A stretch of DNA of 64,000 nt from the IMG/VR virus record IMGVR_UViG_3300008116_000011, positions 1 to 64,000 of that record; one strand, written 5' to 3'. The position numbers and the translations under genes were made by a program. The notes beneath the pieces are model-generated. The model searched no databases. It was not told where the DNA came from and worked only from the letters and a program-made list of their open reading frames with translations. Origin of the DNA: a virus. Shown here in pieces: positions 47,194-57,305 of this stretch (within the stretch, counting starts at the first letter, position 1; each line of letters begins with the position of its first letter).

Positions 47194-48522
47194 CTAATTA
47201 ATAGGTATAACTCCATTTCGCTCATAGTCTCTTACATAAACGTAAGGTTTTAAAATTTCATCAAATTTATTTTTTATAGTTAACCATTCATTTTCATCAA
47301 ATGATAACATATCTTCTAAATTATATTTTTTAATTTTTTCAGGACCGTAATAATATATGTAAAATTCTCTATTTAATTTTACTATTTCTTTTCTATCTAA
47401 TATAACAGGATGTTCCCAAATTCTATGTAAATTTTCATACATTTCCTTAATAAAAGGCCATTCTTCTGTTTTATAATTAAAATCATTTTCTAAACCATAC
47501 ACTTGTATTTTATTAGGCCCATACCACCAAATAAGATACTCTCTCTGAGCCTCAATAAATTCTTTTCTTGTTTGTGTTTGGATAAACCATCCATTTATAA
47601 ATTTAGAATATGCAACAGATGGATCATTATCTGGGCGGCGTTCATGCCATACTATTCCACGATAAGCAATAAGAGTTACATCATGAAACCTAGCAAACAT
47701 TTCAGAAGTAAATGATGATGTAAATTCATGACCAACTATACCATCATGCATTCGAGCTGATAATTTAGTTCTGTAGTGTAATCTTACTAATTCATTCCAA
47801 AAGTTATAATACTTTAGTAATAAGTTTTTATCTTGAAAAAGATAACCAATTAGAAAACCATCAAGATCAAGATCACCATCGTATGTTTTTACTTCAGGAT
47901 TTAAATTGCCATCTAAAAATATAAATTTAAAATTAGGAGCCTGCTTAGAAGTATCAAACCCCATTGAATGCATAAGATTTTCAATACCTGTCACTGCTGA
48001 GTTTTCTCCTTTTATTCGCTTTACAAATTCATTATGTGGATATCCATTTGAAAGTCTATTTGGATGGCCTATAATTATATTTTCACTACATTCAGGAGCA
48101 TTAAAATGTTTTTTAAATTCTTCAAAGGCAGTATACATTCCTGCATTAGTAATGTAACACCCAATATCACATAAGATAAAATTTGTTATATCGTTTTCAG
48201 CACACCATTTTATCCCATGTCTTATAATTCCAATAGGAAAGCTATGCCATATTTTACCTATTTCTTTAAAGTATTCATCTTCATCTGTGATGCATAGAAT
48301 AGGTTCATTTATTCTATCTTCATCTGTTCGTAATGTTTCTAGATCAACTACTATTAATTTACAAGGTACAGAAACATTATCTAGTAATTGGGGTGTATTA
48401 GTTATAATTACTACGTTAACTTCTTTAGGAGCTGTTTGTAGCATTTTAACTAATGAATTTATATAAGGAGGACCTATTAATGTATAGACAAAATGAAAAT
48501 TTTCTATGGGACTTAACTTCAT
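47194..48522 (-). CDS. Putative glycosyltransferase-like protein (GT-A)
   Basis: VYTLIG..Y, VIITN, FILCDIG degenerate DxD; ATG at 48522. Confidence 0.4.
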   Translation of the reverse strand: MKLSPIENFHFVYTLIGPPYINSLVKMLQTAPKEVNVVIITNTPQLLDNVSVPCKLIVVDLETLRTDEDRINEPILCITDEDEYFKEIGKIWHSFPIGIIRHGIKWCAENDITNFILCDIGCYITNAGMYTAFEEFKKHFNAPECSENIIIGHPNRLSNGYPHNEFVKRIKGENSAVTGIENLMHSMGFDTSKQAPNFKFIFLDGNLNPEVKTYDGDLDLDGFLIGYLFQDKNLLLKYYNFWNELVRLHYRTKLSARMHDGIVGHEFTSSFTSEMFARFHDVTLIAYRGIVWHERRPDNDPSVAYSKFINGWFIQTQTRKEFIEAQREYLIWWYGPNKIQVYGLENDFNYKTEEWPFIKEMYENLHRIWEHPVILDRKEIVKLNREFYIYYYGPEKIKKYNLEDMLSFDENEWLTIKNKFDEILKPYVYVRDYERNGVIPIN

Positions 48523-48591
48523 ATTATTTTGCAATAAATACATAAAATAGGGATCTAGTTTCCTAGACCCCATATTATGACAACACAACTA

Positions 48592-49383
48592 TCAATTAAC
48601 ATATTCTTCGGCTAATTGCCACAATTCACCATTGAATTGCATATCTGCTGTAAAGTTTTTAAGCGCTCTAACTTTACGTGTTTTTCTCCCGTTATTGTAA
48701 TTAATACCTCCGTTTACTAATTTCTCTTGAATGCGATTAAATACATTCCATAAATTAGCACCGTTATCTTCATTACGCTCAGAGGCAAGTAACTCTATTA
48801 CATCTATTTGAATGTTTTTATTTTTCCAACGCAATGCTGCTGCTTTTAAAGCAAATTCAGTCATTTGTTCATCACTCAATGGAGTATCTCTAAATGTATT
48901 AATCTTTTGAACAAGGTTAGGTAATGAATTGATCATTGCTAATACTTGCTCACGAAGCGCTTCAAACGTATAACCCATATGACGAATTGCTACATTACTA
49001 AATTCACTATCAGCAATTACAAGTCCATTTGAGCATACTAAACGATATAATCCTACTCTCAAATGAAATGCATTTTTACCATCATGACTATTAGTCAATA
49101 GTAATTCAGGAAATACATCGTCACCATCATTTCCCTTAATCATGATGTTTTGATTTTGGAAACGAATAATATGTTTTTGATACCCTTTACCTCTACGTGC
49201 TTTAACTTCTTGAGCACTTACTGGTGTCCACCCTAGCTCAATCATGTCTTCAATTACTTGAGACGTTGGGATGTGGGTGTAATTAGTTGATACATTAGGT
49301 GCTGATGCAAGTGTGAATGCACTTGAACACATTCTTTGAATTTCTTGCAAACTCATTGGTTCGCGTTTGTTTGTAATTGTCAT
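48592..49383 (-). CDS. DUF932/DUF945 domain protein
   Basis: LLTNSHDG..AF....GLYRLVCSNGL; LWNVFNRIQE. Confidence 0.85.
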   Translation of the reverse strand: MTITNKREPMSLQEIQRMCSSAFTLASAPNVSTNYTHIPTSQVIEDMIELGWTPVSAQEVKARRGKGYQKHIIRFQNQNIMIKGNDGDDVFPELLLTNSHDGKNAFHLRVGLYRLVCSNGLVIADSEFSNVAIRHMGYTFEALREQVLAMINSLPNLVQKINTFRDTPLSDEQMTEFALKAAALRWKNKNIQIDVIELLASERNEDNGANLWNVFNRIQEKLVNGGINYNNGRKTRKVRALKNFTADMQFNGELWQLAEEYVN

Positions 49384-49405
49384 AACCGTTTTTTTAATTG
49401 TGCTA

Positions 49406-49437
49406 TAAATATACAACTATAAAATCAGGTTTCCAAA
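49406..49437 (-). promoter_or_regulatory. Bacteroidota-type early promoter
   Basis: TTTG-N20-TATATTTA. Confidence 0.75.
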
Positions 49438-49438
49438 C

Positions 49439-50137
49439 TTAATCTCTTTTAGGTAAGAATACAGAATTAGGATCTTCTATTTTTAATCGTTCTAATTTTT
49501 CAATAGATGTAGGTCCTAAATCACCATCAACACTAATATATCTATCTAATAAATAAAATTTATTCTGTGCTGGACCTGAATATCCTTCTTCCTCTTGTAT
49601 AAAATGGATATTTTCTTCTGTTATTGTTTTTTTTAACCCTGGATATATTTGGTTGTGGAAGTGTCCGGCAAATGGTGGATTTTCAGGGTCAAGTATTGCT
49701 TGGCGAAATGAGTCTAGGTATTTGAAAGGCAATGCATAGAAGTTATCACAGGTAAAATATCTACCATCATAGAAATGATGTATTTCTCTAAATAGGAAAT
49801 TAAATTTATTAAAATCAATATTAAATGAAGATACCTTATCTAGAAATACAATATCAGGCCTTGTAAATATGATAAAATCAAGATCTTCATTTTGCACCAA
49901 TTCAATACTTTTTAATGTTCTACGTTGAAGGTGAAAAGTCAAAATTGATTCAGCCCACTTTTCAGGTTTGTAAAATTCTAATATCTCAGGAGTTATTTCA
50001 TTAGTACTTAAATATATTTTTGTTTCATGACCGGACCAACAGTTTATTAAATTTTCTTTAATATTATCTTTAGTTCGTCTCCAATCTCTATTTCTTAATC
50101 TAGAAACAAGACCAGTCAACACAATCCCTATCTTCAT
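49439..50137 (-). CDS. Putative glycosyltransferase-like protein
   Basis: MKIGIVLTG; DFIIFTRPD; CDNF. Confidence 0.5.
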   Translation of the reverse strand: MKIGIVLTGLVSRLRNRDWRRTKDNIKENLINCWSGHETKIYLSTNEITPEILEFYKPEKWAESILTFHLQRRTLKSIELVQNEDLDFIIFTRPDIVFLDKVSSFNIDFNKFNFLFREIHHFYDGRYFTCDNFYALPFKYLDSFRQAILDPENPPFAGHFHNQIYPGLKKTITEENIHFIQEEEGYSGPAQNKFYLLDRYISVDGDLGPTSIEKLERLKIEDPNSVFLPKRD

Positions 50138-50433
50138 TACTTAGTTTTATTTAAATAAGCAGTAAATGAGGCAATGAATACTTCTACAGGCATATTAGCA
50201 CCATTAAGTTTTTCCTCTTTAACCCATTTACTCATTAATTGCTTTATTTCTTCTGTGTAATCTGTTTTTAATTTTTCAGAGTACAAATAAGCATCATGTA
50301 ATTCATCTTGTAGATGTTGAATCCATTCTAATACAGTAAGATCATTTCTATCAAGATCAGTTCCGTATTTTTTATTTCCCATTTCCGCTCTTGTTTTAAA
50401 GCGGTTTATTACTCTAGTTACTATACTATCCAT
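50137..50433 (-). CDS. Conserved phage helical protein (possible nucleotide pyrophosphatase-like fold)
   Basis: R...G.KKYGT.LDR.DL...W..HLQDEL.DA.LY. Confidence 0.6.
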   Translation of the reverse strand: MDSIVTRVINRFKTRAEMGNKKYGTDLDRNDLTVLEWIQHLQDELHDAYLYSEKLKTDYTEEIKQLMSKWVKEEKLNGANMPVEVFIASFTAYLNKTK

Positions 50434-50436
50434 AAA

Positions 50437-51069
50437 CTATTTTATTTTAAATTTAAAACCAGTAATTTGCTCAACCACCTTTAGATCAACCTCATTATTT
50501 TTTAGACCGTCTGCTTTAGTATTATTATTATCAAATAAATAAGCCTCGTAAGTGTTCATTCGCTTATTGTAAATTACCTTCCAACATTGTTTAGGTATAG
50601 ACATTTTACCTATTTTCCTTACTTCACCTATAGCCCCAGCCCAAATATAAAGCGAATCATATTTACTAGCATCCTCACGTGTCATTGATTCTAATACTTT
50701 CCAATCACCTCTATTAAGTTGTGGTGTTTGAGGAATCATATTTGAAAAGTAAAATGATTCTCTCATTTTATCTATATCACAACCACCATCAGCAGCAGGA
50801 AATACATGACCACGATCAAATCCTGAGCCGTTGTAGTGTTGTTGTAAATTAGTGTGTTCAGATAATTGTGGGTCAGGTTCAAAATTGTCTGTTCGTTTTA
50901 CTTTAGTATCACAACTAATCATTTTCCTTGTTAACCACCACTCAACCTTAACAGGATATTGTTTTGATTTGCTGTAGGTTGTTTTGTAGGCTTTATGGAT
51001 AATAGTAACTGTATCTTGAGCTGATGCTTCAAGATTAATGAATATGAGAATTGATAGTAGGTATTTCAC
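50437..51069 (-). CDS. DNA/RNA non-specific endonuclease (NucA/Serratia-type) with signal peptide
   Basis: Y.GSGFDRGH..PAAD; SNM.PQ...LNRG.W..LE. Confidence 0.9.
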   Translation of the reverse strand: MKYLLSILIFINLEASAQDTVTIIHKAYKTTYSKSKQYPVKVEWWLTRKMISCDTKVKRTDNFEPDPQLSEHTNLQQHYNGSGFDRGHVFPAADGGCDIDKMRESFYFSNMIPQTPQLNRGDWKVLESMTREDASKYDSLYIWAGAIGEVRKIGKMSIPKQCWKVIYNKRMNTYEAYLFDNNNTKADGLKNNEVDLKVVEQITGFKFKIK

Positions 51070-51202
51070 CTTTATAAATATTCCCTATTGCTTATTTATT
51101 AAATCAATTACAACTTGAATAATAAACACAATAACCATTCCAATAAAGGAATAAAATACTATTTTTTCGCTTGTTTTAGTTTGATCAGGACGTTTACCTT
51201 GA

Positions 51203-51400
51203 TTATCCATTTGGTAATGATTTAGATATTGCCTCGTAATATTCTTCCCTTAAACGACGAACTGCTGCTTCAGCACTTGCTGCTCCTGCTTTGAACATTT
51301 GGTTGTTGCTCTCAAAGCCACGTTCATTAATTACTCTAAATACTTCTTCAAAGATTTCAAATCCAAAGATGTTACTACCTAATGCTTGATACTTATCCAT
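51203..51400 (-). CDS. Hypothetical protein
   Basis: ATG at 51400. Confidence 0.5.
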   Translation of the reverse strand: MDKYQALGSNIFGFEIFEEVFRVINERGFESNNQMFKAGAASAEAAVRRLREEYYEAISKSLPNG

Positions 51401-51404
51401 AAAT

Positions 51405-51647
51405 TTATTTTTCAATTTTTACTTCTATTTCATATTGTTCACCATCGACTTCAGCATGTGCTTGTTCTAGCATTATTGTTAAATATTGTTCCGCTACAGC
51501 GTCATTTTTAAATGGTGTTCCATTTAAATCATTAACATCAATATATCCATCTCCATGATATATAAACTCACACTTTGGATTTCCATCTACATACATTAAA
51601 AATGTTTTATCATCAATATCTTCAAATTCTAATTTATGTTTTTTCAT
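51405..51647 (-). CDS. Hypothetical protein
   Basis: ORF track. Confidence 0.55.
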   Translation of the reverse strand: MKKHKLEFEDIDDKTFLMYVDGNPKCEFIYHGDGYIDVNDLNGTPFKNDAVAEQYLTIMLEQAHAEVDGEQYEIEVKIEK

Positions 51648-51653
51648 AATATA

Positions 51654-51830
51654 CTATTTAAAGAATTTATTTCTTGGTTTACTTAAATCAACAATAGCTT
51701 GTGGTTTTGGTTTTGCCTTGCGACCTCTTGGCTTTGATTCCTTAGACTCAGGCTCATCCCATTTCCATTTCTTTACTTTTTCAAGAAATGCGGCCCTATA
51801 ACCTGCTAAACGTTCTGCTTCTGTTCTCAT
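51654..51830 (-). CDS. Small basic protein with PRGRK motif (58 aa; not in ORF track)
   Basis: MRTEAERLAGYRAAFLEKVKKWKWDEPESKESKPRGRKAKPKPQ...; ATGA overlap. Confidence 0.5.
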   Translation of the reverse strand: MRTEAERLAGYRAAFLEKVKKWKWDEPESKESKPRGRKAKPKPQAIVDLSKPRNKFFK

Positions 51831-52021
51831 ATAAACTCATATATTAATTCTAAACCGTGAGATATACTTTGTAATGTATGAAATTTACTCATATCGTTAA
51901 GTGGCTTAGCATCTCTAACATTATATGACCATTGTGGCACACCACCATAAGCTAAACCAGTAAAGTAACCATAATCACTCATTACAATATATTCAGGTAT
52001 TTTATGCTTTTTATTTTTCAT
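51827..52021 (-). CDS. Hypothetical protein
   Basis: ORF track. Confidence 0.5.
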   Translation of the reverse strand: MKNKKHKIPEYIVMSDYGYFTGLAYGGVPQWSYNVRDAKPLNDMSKFHTLQSISHGLELIYEFI

Positions 52022-52040
52022 TTATATAAAAGTATAAAGT

Positions 52041-52586
52041 TTATTTGGATCCTCCAAATTTACTATTAGCTAATAGATCATCCCAATCTTTATAGCCTTG
52101 TGATTTAGCATACTCATCATTCTTTTTCCTACGATAATGTGCAACTGCTTCAGGTTCTCTCATTTGATCACTATCAGTAAAGCCAAGTGACTTAGCACAT
52201 TCCTCTTCACACCATTCATGTGAACCTATCTTTATTTCAATTGGTAGATCTGTTTCTAGTGATTCAATAAAGTCTTCAAATTGAGATGCTGCTTCAAATG
52301 GCATAGTGTAGATTCCTTCATCTACTTGATAATCTGATTCATTTTCTTTATCAAATATTTCAATCCTACCCATTCTATATTTTTCACCAAACAAAGTCAT
52401 TACGCCGTAACCTACAGTTGAATAATAATATCTACCAGTTCTTGCCACACCATTTACATCAATACAACCAGGATTGAGTTCAATATAATTAGCAAGATGA
52501 TCAGCAAATTCTTCTTCAGTCGCTTCAGGGAAGCGTTGTTTGACATTATATATAAAATATTTAAGGTCTTGTCTATTTACTTTCAT
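52041..52586 (-). CDS. Hypothetical protein
   Basis: ORF track. Confidence 0.55.
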   Translation of the reverse strand: MKVNRQDLKYFIYNVKQRFPEATEEEFADHLANYIELNPGCIDVNGVARTGRYYYSTVGYGVMTLFGEKYRMGRIEIFDKENESDYQVDEGIYTMPFEAASQFEDFIESLETDLPIEIKIGSHEWCEEECAKSLGFTDSDQMREPEAVAHYRRKKNDEYAKSQGYKDWDDLLANSKFGGSK

Positions 52587-52603
52587 TTTATATTTATTTG
52601 TGT

Positions 52604-52852
52604 ATGCTAAATAAATTTATATATTATTTTTTAAGGTATTGGGTATCTATATCTTTTCTTCTTCTTGCTTTTTATTTTTATGAACCAACACCATCTATAA
52701 TCCACTGTTCACCAGATTCTATCTTACAAGAAATTGAAGTAAAAACATTTTTAGGTTTAAACGAAATGACTTTAATGTGGATTTTAATGGCTATAGCACA
52801 CGGTGCTAACGCTTGTTATTGTGATATTAAATCCATACTAAAGAAAGTCTAG
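52604..52852 (+). CDS. Small two-TM membrane protein on the opposite strand
   Basis: Fills a minus-strand gap; ATATTTAT motif immediately upstream on plus. Confidence 0.55.
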   Translation: MLNKFIYYFLRYWVSISFLLLAFYFYEPTPSIIHCSPDSILQEIEVKTFLGLNEMTLMWILMAIAHGANACYCDIKSILKKV

Positions 52853-53319
52853 TCACTTAATCTATGTGTTACAGTAATTATATTTACTTGGGTTGCAATA
52901 TTTGATTCTTCATAATTATAATTCATACAAATAGCTGATCTAATTATGCTATCAGTATCAATTATTCTTTCATCATACATTTTTTCTGTAATTTTAGGAA
53001 CTTCATCTTCAATACAGCAGGCACCACCACAGTCTTTATATCTAACTACTTTAGAAATAGTATAAATGTATCTAGTATTTGCCTCTACTATTGCTTTATA
53101 TATTGTATCAATGTGTGTCGGTAAATAATAATCATAACTATCTAAATAACAAATATATTTTAAACCTTCATCTAATATAAATTGAATAGTCTGATTAGTA
53201 GTCTCAGGATCAGTTTCATAGACTTTAAACTCCTTATTTGTTTGTTGTTCTAATGAAGCTAAACATTTATCTAAAAGTCTATCTTCTCCTTTATGTTTTA
53301 TCAATAGTACTGCTATCAT
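52849..53319 (-). CDS. Short GT2-like glycosyltransferase domain
   Basis: CLASLEQQT; YICYLDSYDYYLPTH. Confidence 0.55.
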   Translation of the reverse strand: MIAVLLIKHKGEDRLLDKCLASLEQQTNKEFKVYETDPETTNQTIQFILDEGLKYICYLDSYDYYLPTHIDTIYKAIVEANTRYIYTISKVVRYKDCGGACCIEDEVPKITEKMYDERIIDTDSIIRSAICMNYNYEESNIATQVNIITVTHRLSD

Positions 53320-53596
53320 AATCTGATATTTTAAGTCCACAATATAAATCAAGCCAAGCCATTTCACGTGAAGCTATTTTCGAATAGTGACGTTTTTTCT
53401 TTTTAATATGTTCAACACCCCAATCTCTCCATTCTTTATTTTGGGCTTCAGTCATTGTATACTGTGTAAACCATTCATCAGTTCTACCTTCTACATCTTC
53501 AAACTTAAGATCGTGGCCTGCAATCTCAAACATCTTATCAATAAGTTCTTTAAGAAACATTCTCTCTTTATTTGCTTTTTGTTCTGCTCGTGTCAT
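53291..53596 (-). CDS. Hypothetical protein
   Basis: ORF track. Confidence 0.55.
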   Translation of the reverse strand: MTRAEQKANKERMFLKELIDKMFEIAGHDLKFEDVEGRTDEWFTQYTMTEAQNKEWRDWGVEHIKKKKRHYSKIASREMAWLDLYCGLKISDYDSSTIDKT

Positions 53597-53601
53597 AACA
53601 T

Positions 53602-54339
53602 TTATTTTACTGAGTTAACGGTAATTTTATTATCTTGAATAACCAAATAGTTTCCTGATATTTCCATAGTGTCTATAAAATAATACCTACCGCCAGTGAA
53701 TTTATCACTGCCTTCTAAGTCAATTCTTCTCATTGCAGTGTGACCTACAATTTGAATATAATCTTTCTTTAATCCTTTAGGGTGCTTCTTATTTGCAGAC
53801 ATTAATGATCTAGGTCTAATCCAAATAGGTGTTTGAGTTGTATTATCACCACTAGATTCAAAACCATTAAAATCAAATGCTTTAGGTTTATATCTAAACA
53901 TTTCATTTAGGTCAACTACAACATTTTCTATACTCCAATCATTCTCACCAAACACTTCATCCATAAATATAGGACTTACACCTGCGTGTGTACACAAGAA
54001 GTTATCAAAACCATAAGCTATTTGTAAATGATTTCTATTCTCATCTATTACTTGATTAATTGATGGAGCAATTTTTGACTGGTAACCACTAGTTCCAGTG
54101 TAACCAACTTCAGGAAAGTAGTGATGATCGTGATTACCAATCAACATAACTACCTCAACTTGTGGATTATTTTCCTTATATTGAATAATTTCTTTAAAGT
54201 TAGCAATTTGTTCTACACCACTAAAGTCAAATGAATCAAAGTAATCGCCTATGAAGATAACTCTATCCGGTTTATCTTGATGTACTGCTAATTTCCAAAG
54301 TGAACGTCCGTGGGTATCACCCAATACAATTGTTTTCAT
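53602..54339 (-). CDS. Calcineurin-like metallophosphoesterase
   Basis: GDTHG, GDYFD, GNHD, HAG, VGHT. Confidence 0.9.
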   Translation of the reverse strand: MKTIVLGDTHGRSLWKLAVHQDKPDRVIFIGDYFDSFDFSGVEQIANFKEIIQYKENNPQVEVVMLIGNHDHHYFPEVGYTGTSGYQSKIAPSINQVIDENRNHLQIAYGFDNFLCTHAGVSPIFMDEVFGENDWSIENVVVDLNEMFRYKPKAFDFNGFESSGDNTTQTPIWIRPRSLMSANKKHPKGLKKDYIQIVGHTAMRRIDLEGSDKFTGGRYYFIDTMEISGNYLVIQDNKITVNSVK

Positions 54340-54367
54340 AACCTAAATTTAAGTTACTAATTTGGAT

Positions 54368-54628
54368 TCACCAAATTTTCCACCATGGTTTTTTAGACTC
54401 TATTTTAGGTCTATTAAAGCTAATATTACGATTGAATGCAGAAGATACTATACGAAACACCTTACTATGGTCCTCAACTTTGACATCATTAACATTCACT
54501 TGATATTGGATTGGGATAACCATATCATCTATCTCAAGTGAACCATCAATTACAATATATTCCTTATTGAAATGTCTAGTGTATCGAATCATAGCATAAA
54601 TAAATATACTACGACTTGTATCTTTCAT
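54368..54628 (-). CDS. Hypothetical protein
   Basis: KPWWKIW C-terminus. Confidence 0.45.
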   Translation of the reverse strand: MKDTSRSIFIYAMIRYTRHFNKEYIVIDGSLEIDDMVIPIQYQVNVNDVKVEDHSKVFRIVSSAFNRNISFNRPKIESKKPWWKIW

Positions 54629-54815
54629 ATTCTAATTTACCCACCTCTTGGTAAGCATCATAGATGTTATCTATAGCAGTGTGTAAGAGATTTCTAATTT
54701 CTCTTTCTTGTCTACCAAGTGGGTGTTTAATACAGTGGTCTTCAATGGTACACATCACAACGTGTAAACGATCCATTAGTTCTAAATAATGACCTTGATT
54801 AATTTTATTTTCCAT
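54609..54815 (-). CDS. Hypothetical protein
   Basis: HYLELMDRLHV. Confidence 0.55.
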   Translation of the reverse strand: MENKINQGHYLELMDRLHVVMCTIEDHCIKHPLGRQEREIRNLLHTAIDNIYDAYQEVGKLEYERYKS

Positions 54816-55459
54816 TATGATAATATTTCATGATGGTCTGAAAGGATAACGCTTGTTTTAATGGGTCTACTTTCAAGTAATGATATTATTTCTTTCATTT
54901 CATATGGTCTTAAATTATTTCCATCCATACCAACATCCATTGCTTTACCAGGCATTATTTTCCTATATCCAGGTAAATGAACATGGCCAAACACATGAAA
55001 ACGACCTTTATTCATATCATGCCAACTTACAATTGGGAAATGAGATAATACAAACCCATATTCTAAATCATCACTATCTTCATCTACTACATTTAACAAT
55101 TCATAATGTGATGTTTTAACAAATATATCTTGAATATTATTTTTATTTCGTTCAATATGATGATCATGATTACCTAATATTAAATAAACATTTTTACATA
55201 CTATTCTATTTCTAAAATCCCCAATAGACTCAAACCCACTAAAAGCCCAATCACCTAAATGAACTAATATATCATCTTGTCCTACCATTGTATTAATATT
55301 ATTTACAATAGTATCATTCATTTTTTCTAATGATGGAAAGTCTCTAGTTACACTTTCAGGACCCCAGTTTGAAGTACTACGACATATATTTCTGTGATTG
55401 TAATGGGTATCTGAGGTGAAGAATAATTTTTGTCCTGGGGTTAGATTAATGTTCCACAT
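54815..55459 (-). CDS. Calcineurin-like metallophosphoesterase
   Basis: SDTH, HLGD, GNHD, SHFP, GHVH, DVGMD. Confidence 0.9.
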   Translation of the reverse strand: MWNINLTPGQKLFFTSDTHYNHRNICRSTSNWGPESVTRDFPSLEKMNDTIVNNINTMVGQDDILVHLGDWAFSGFESIGDFRNRIVCKNVYLILGNHDHHIERNKNNIQDIFVKTSHYELLNVVDEDSDDLEYGFVLSHFPIVSWHDMNKGRFHVFGHVHLPGYRKIMPGKAMDVGMDGNNLRPYEMKEIISLLESRPIKTSVILSDHHEILS

Positions 55460-55676
55460 TGTTTATTTTTTGAAGATCTTTGCATTTATTTAATTCTATT
55501 TCTTTTATAAATAGTTCACCTTTAATACTGTCTACTCTATATTCTAAAGTATCAGTCTCAAAAGCATTTAAATTTAATTCATCTTTAAGCATTGAATTAC
55601 TAATATACAATTGAGTAGCAATAAATGATAAGGTAAATATAATTCCTAAAGCTAGAATTCTTGAAAGATTTGTCAT
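55446..55676 (-). CDS. Membrane-anchored small protein
   Basis: N-terminal TM. Confidence 0.5.
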   Translation of the reverse strand: MTNLSRILALGIIFTLSFIATQLYISNSMLKDELNLNAFETDTLEYRVDSIKGELFIKEIELNKCKDLQKINNVEH

Positions 55677-55822
55677 TGTATTTTATTTTTTATTTTTCTT
55701 TTCAGGTGTATTGAAAGGTCCAATTTCATAATCATCAATCTCTTTATCCCAACATTTAATCCCACCAATCCATAACCAAACTAATGAACCTAGTAATATT
55801 GCTGTTATAATAACTATAATAA

Positions 55823-56317
55823 TTAATCCCACCATCTTTGAATATTTTCTTCTAAGATTTTAAATAATAATTTATGTGCTCGTTTTTCATTTTCACGACC
55901 TATATAAAATGCTGTTCTATGGTTATCTTCAGTTTTAACCTGATTGTAGATGCGAGGGTATTTATTGAAATAGTCATCATAACGCTCCCATAGTGTTTCT
56001 GTCTCCATCTCATACATACCAGGGCGTAATTTACTCTCAATAAACTTTATATTTACTTTCTCGTAGTTTTGGTATTCACATCCATAATATTCATCTTGTA
56101 CTCTTTCAATTAAACGAACACATAACATCATTATTTCAGCGTCGCGTTCAGCTGATAGATGGTTACCTCTTTTTCCAATATATTCAGCTTGGTTTTTAAG
56201 CTTAAATTTAAGTATTTCGAAAATAAAATGGTGATCCCAATCCTGATCTTTCCATATAATTGGAAACCAACGATATAAATTATAAATGCGTCTAAAGAAT
56301 TGTTTTATTATGTACAT
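55823..56317 (-). CDS. Conserved phage hypothetical protein
   Basis: W.PIIWKD.DWD...; WWD C-terminus. Confidence 0.65.
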   Translation of the reverse strand: MYIIKQFFRRIYNLYRWFPIIWKDQDWDHHFIFEILKFKLKNQAEYIGKRGNHLSAERDAEIMMLCVRLIERVQDEYYGCEYQNYEKVNIKFIESKLRPGMYEMETETLWERYDDYFNKYPRIYNQVKTEDNHRTAFYIGRENEKRAHKLLFKILEENIQRWWD

Positions 56318-57281
56318 AACCTTTACTAAATGGATCTAAGAATAAGTAATGGAGTGGTTTTACTCCTTCAGGGTTGTCTTTTATGGTTTCCCATATAGGG
56401 AGTTCTTCATGGTAAAAAGTAGTAAACGTCCAGTCTTTAAACCATTCAGGGTATTTAACATGAATATACCCCATTAATTCTTGTTCTGTGCATATATAAT
56501 TTTGCTCAGGTAAACTTAATACACGTTCAGCTAACTCAGTAAAAGCATTAATATATTGTTTAAGATATGGAGTATTACCACCAAACATTGCTCCTACAGG
56601 AAATTTGTTTGATGATATAACTTGCTCACTAAATGATTCCTGGATTTGGGTTTCTAGTAATCTATAGTCATTATCCATTACATTTTGTCTACAAATACAT
56701 AATATTTTATCTTCTACATATTCATTTATTTTATTTAAAGCCTCAGGAGTAAGTATTTTAGCAAATATAAACTCTTTAAAAGCATGTTCATGGTGGTGTT
56801 CCCTATCATGATACTTAATATAAAATCCAGGTTCGGTAGAATATAAATTATATTTGTAAGGAAATATAGCTCCGGTTGATAATCCAGAGTCAATCCAATA
56901 TAAATAAATTCCATCTTCATATTCCATATTTAGGAAATGCCATTTTAACCAATATATAGCCATTGGCAGTGTATAAAATGGATGAAATTCATTATTATAC
57001 AATTCAGGATTATTCATCCTAATATTGTATATTCTATCGTGAAATGGACTATCTTTTAAATTATATTTTTTAACTGTTAGATTTGTTAGGTTATGTTTTT
57101 CTTTTAATCTTAAAAGGTAGTTGTATCCATCCTGTTCGTCATCAGTATAACAAACTATGTCTGCTCCTAAACCACAGATTGAAATTAGAGAGTAAGAATA
57201 CCACTCATATCTACTTCGCTTCCCCCAAAATGGAGGATCATAATGAGCAGCATAAAACGTAGTAACTAATTTAGTAACCAT
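56292..57281 (-). CDS. HtrL/YibB-like putative glycosyltransferase
   Basis: YLYWIDSGL; VGAMFGG; TEQELM. Confidence 0.55.
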   Translation of the reverse strand: MVTKLVTTFYAAHYDPPFWGKRSRYEWYSYSLISICGLGADIVCYTDDEQDGYNYLLRLKEKHNLTNLTVKKYNLKDSPFHDRIYNIRMNNPELYNNEFHPFYTLPMAIYWLKWHFLNMEYEDGIYLYWIDSGLSTGAIFPYKYNLYSTEPGFYIKYHDREHHHEHAFKEFIFAKILTPEALNKINEYVEDKILCICRQNVMDNDYRLLETQIQESFSEQVISSNKFPVGAMFGGNTPYLKQYINAFTELAERVLSLPEQNYICTEQELMGYIHVKYPEWFKDWTFTTFYHEELPIWETIKDNPEGVKPLHYLFLDPFSKGYVHNKTIL

Positions 57282-57305
57282 ATATTTTTTAATAAATATC
57301 TTTAG

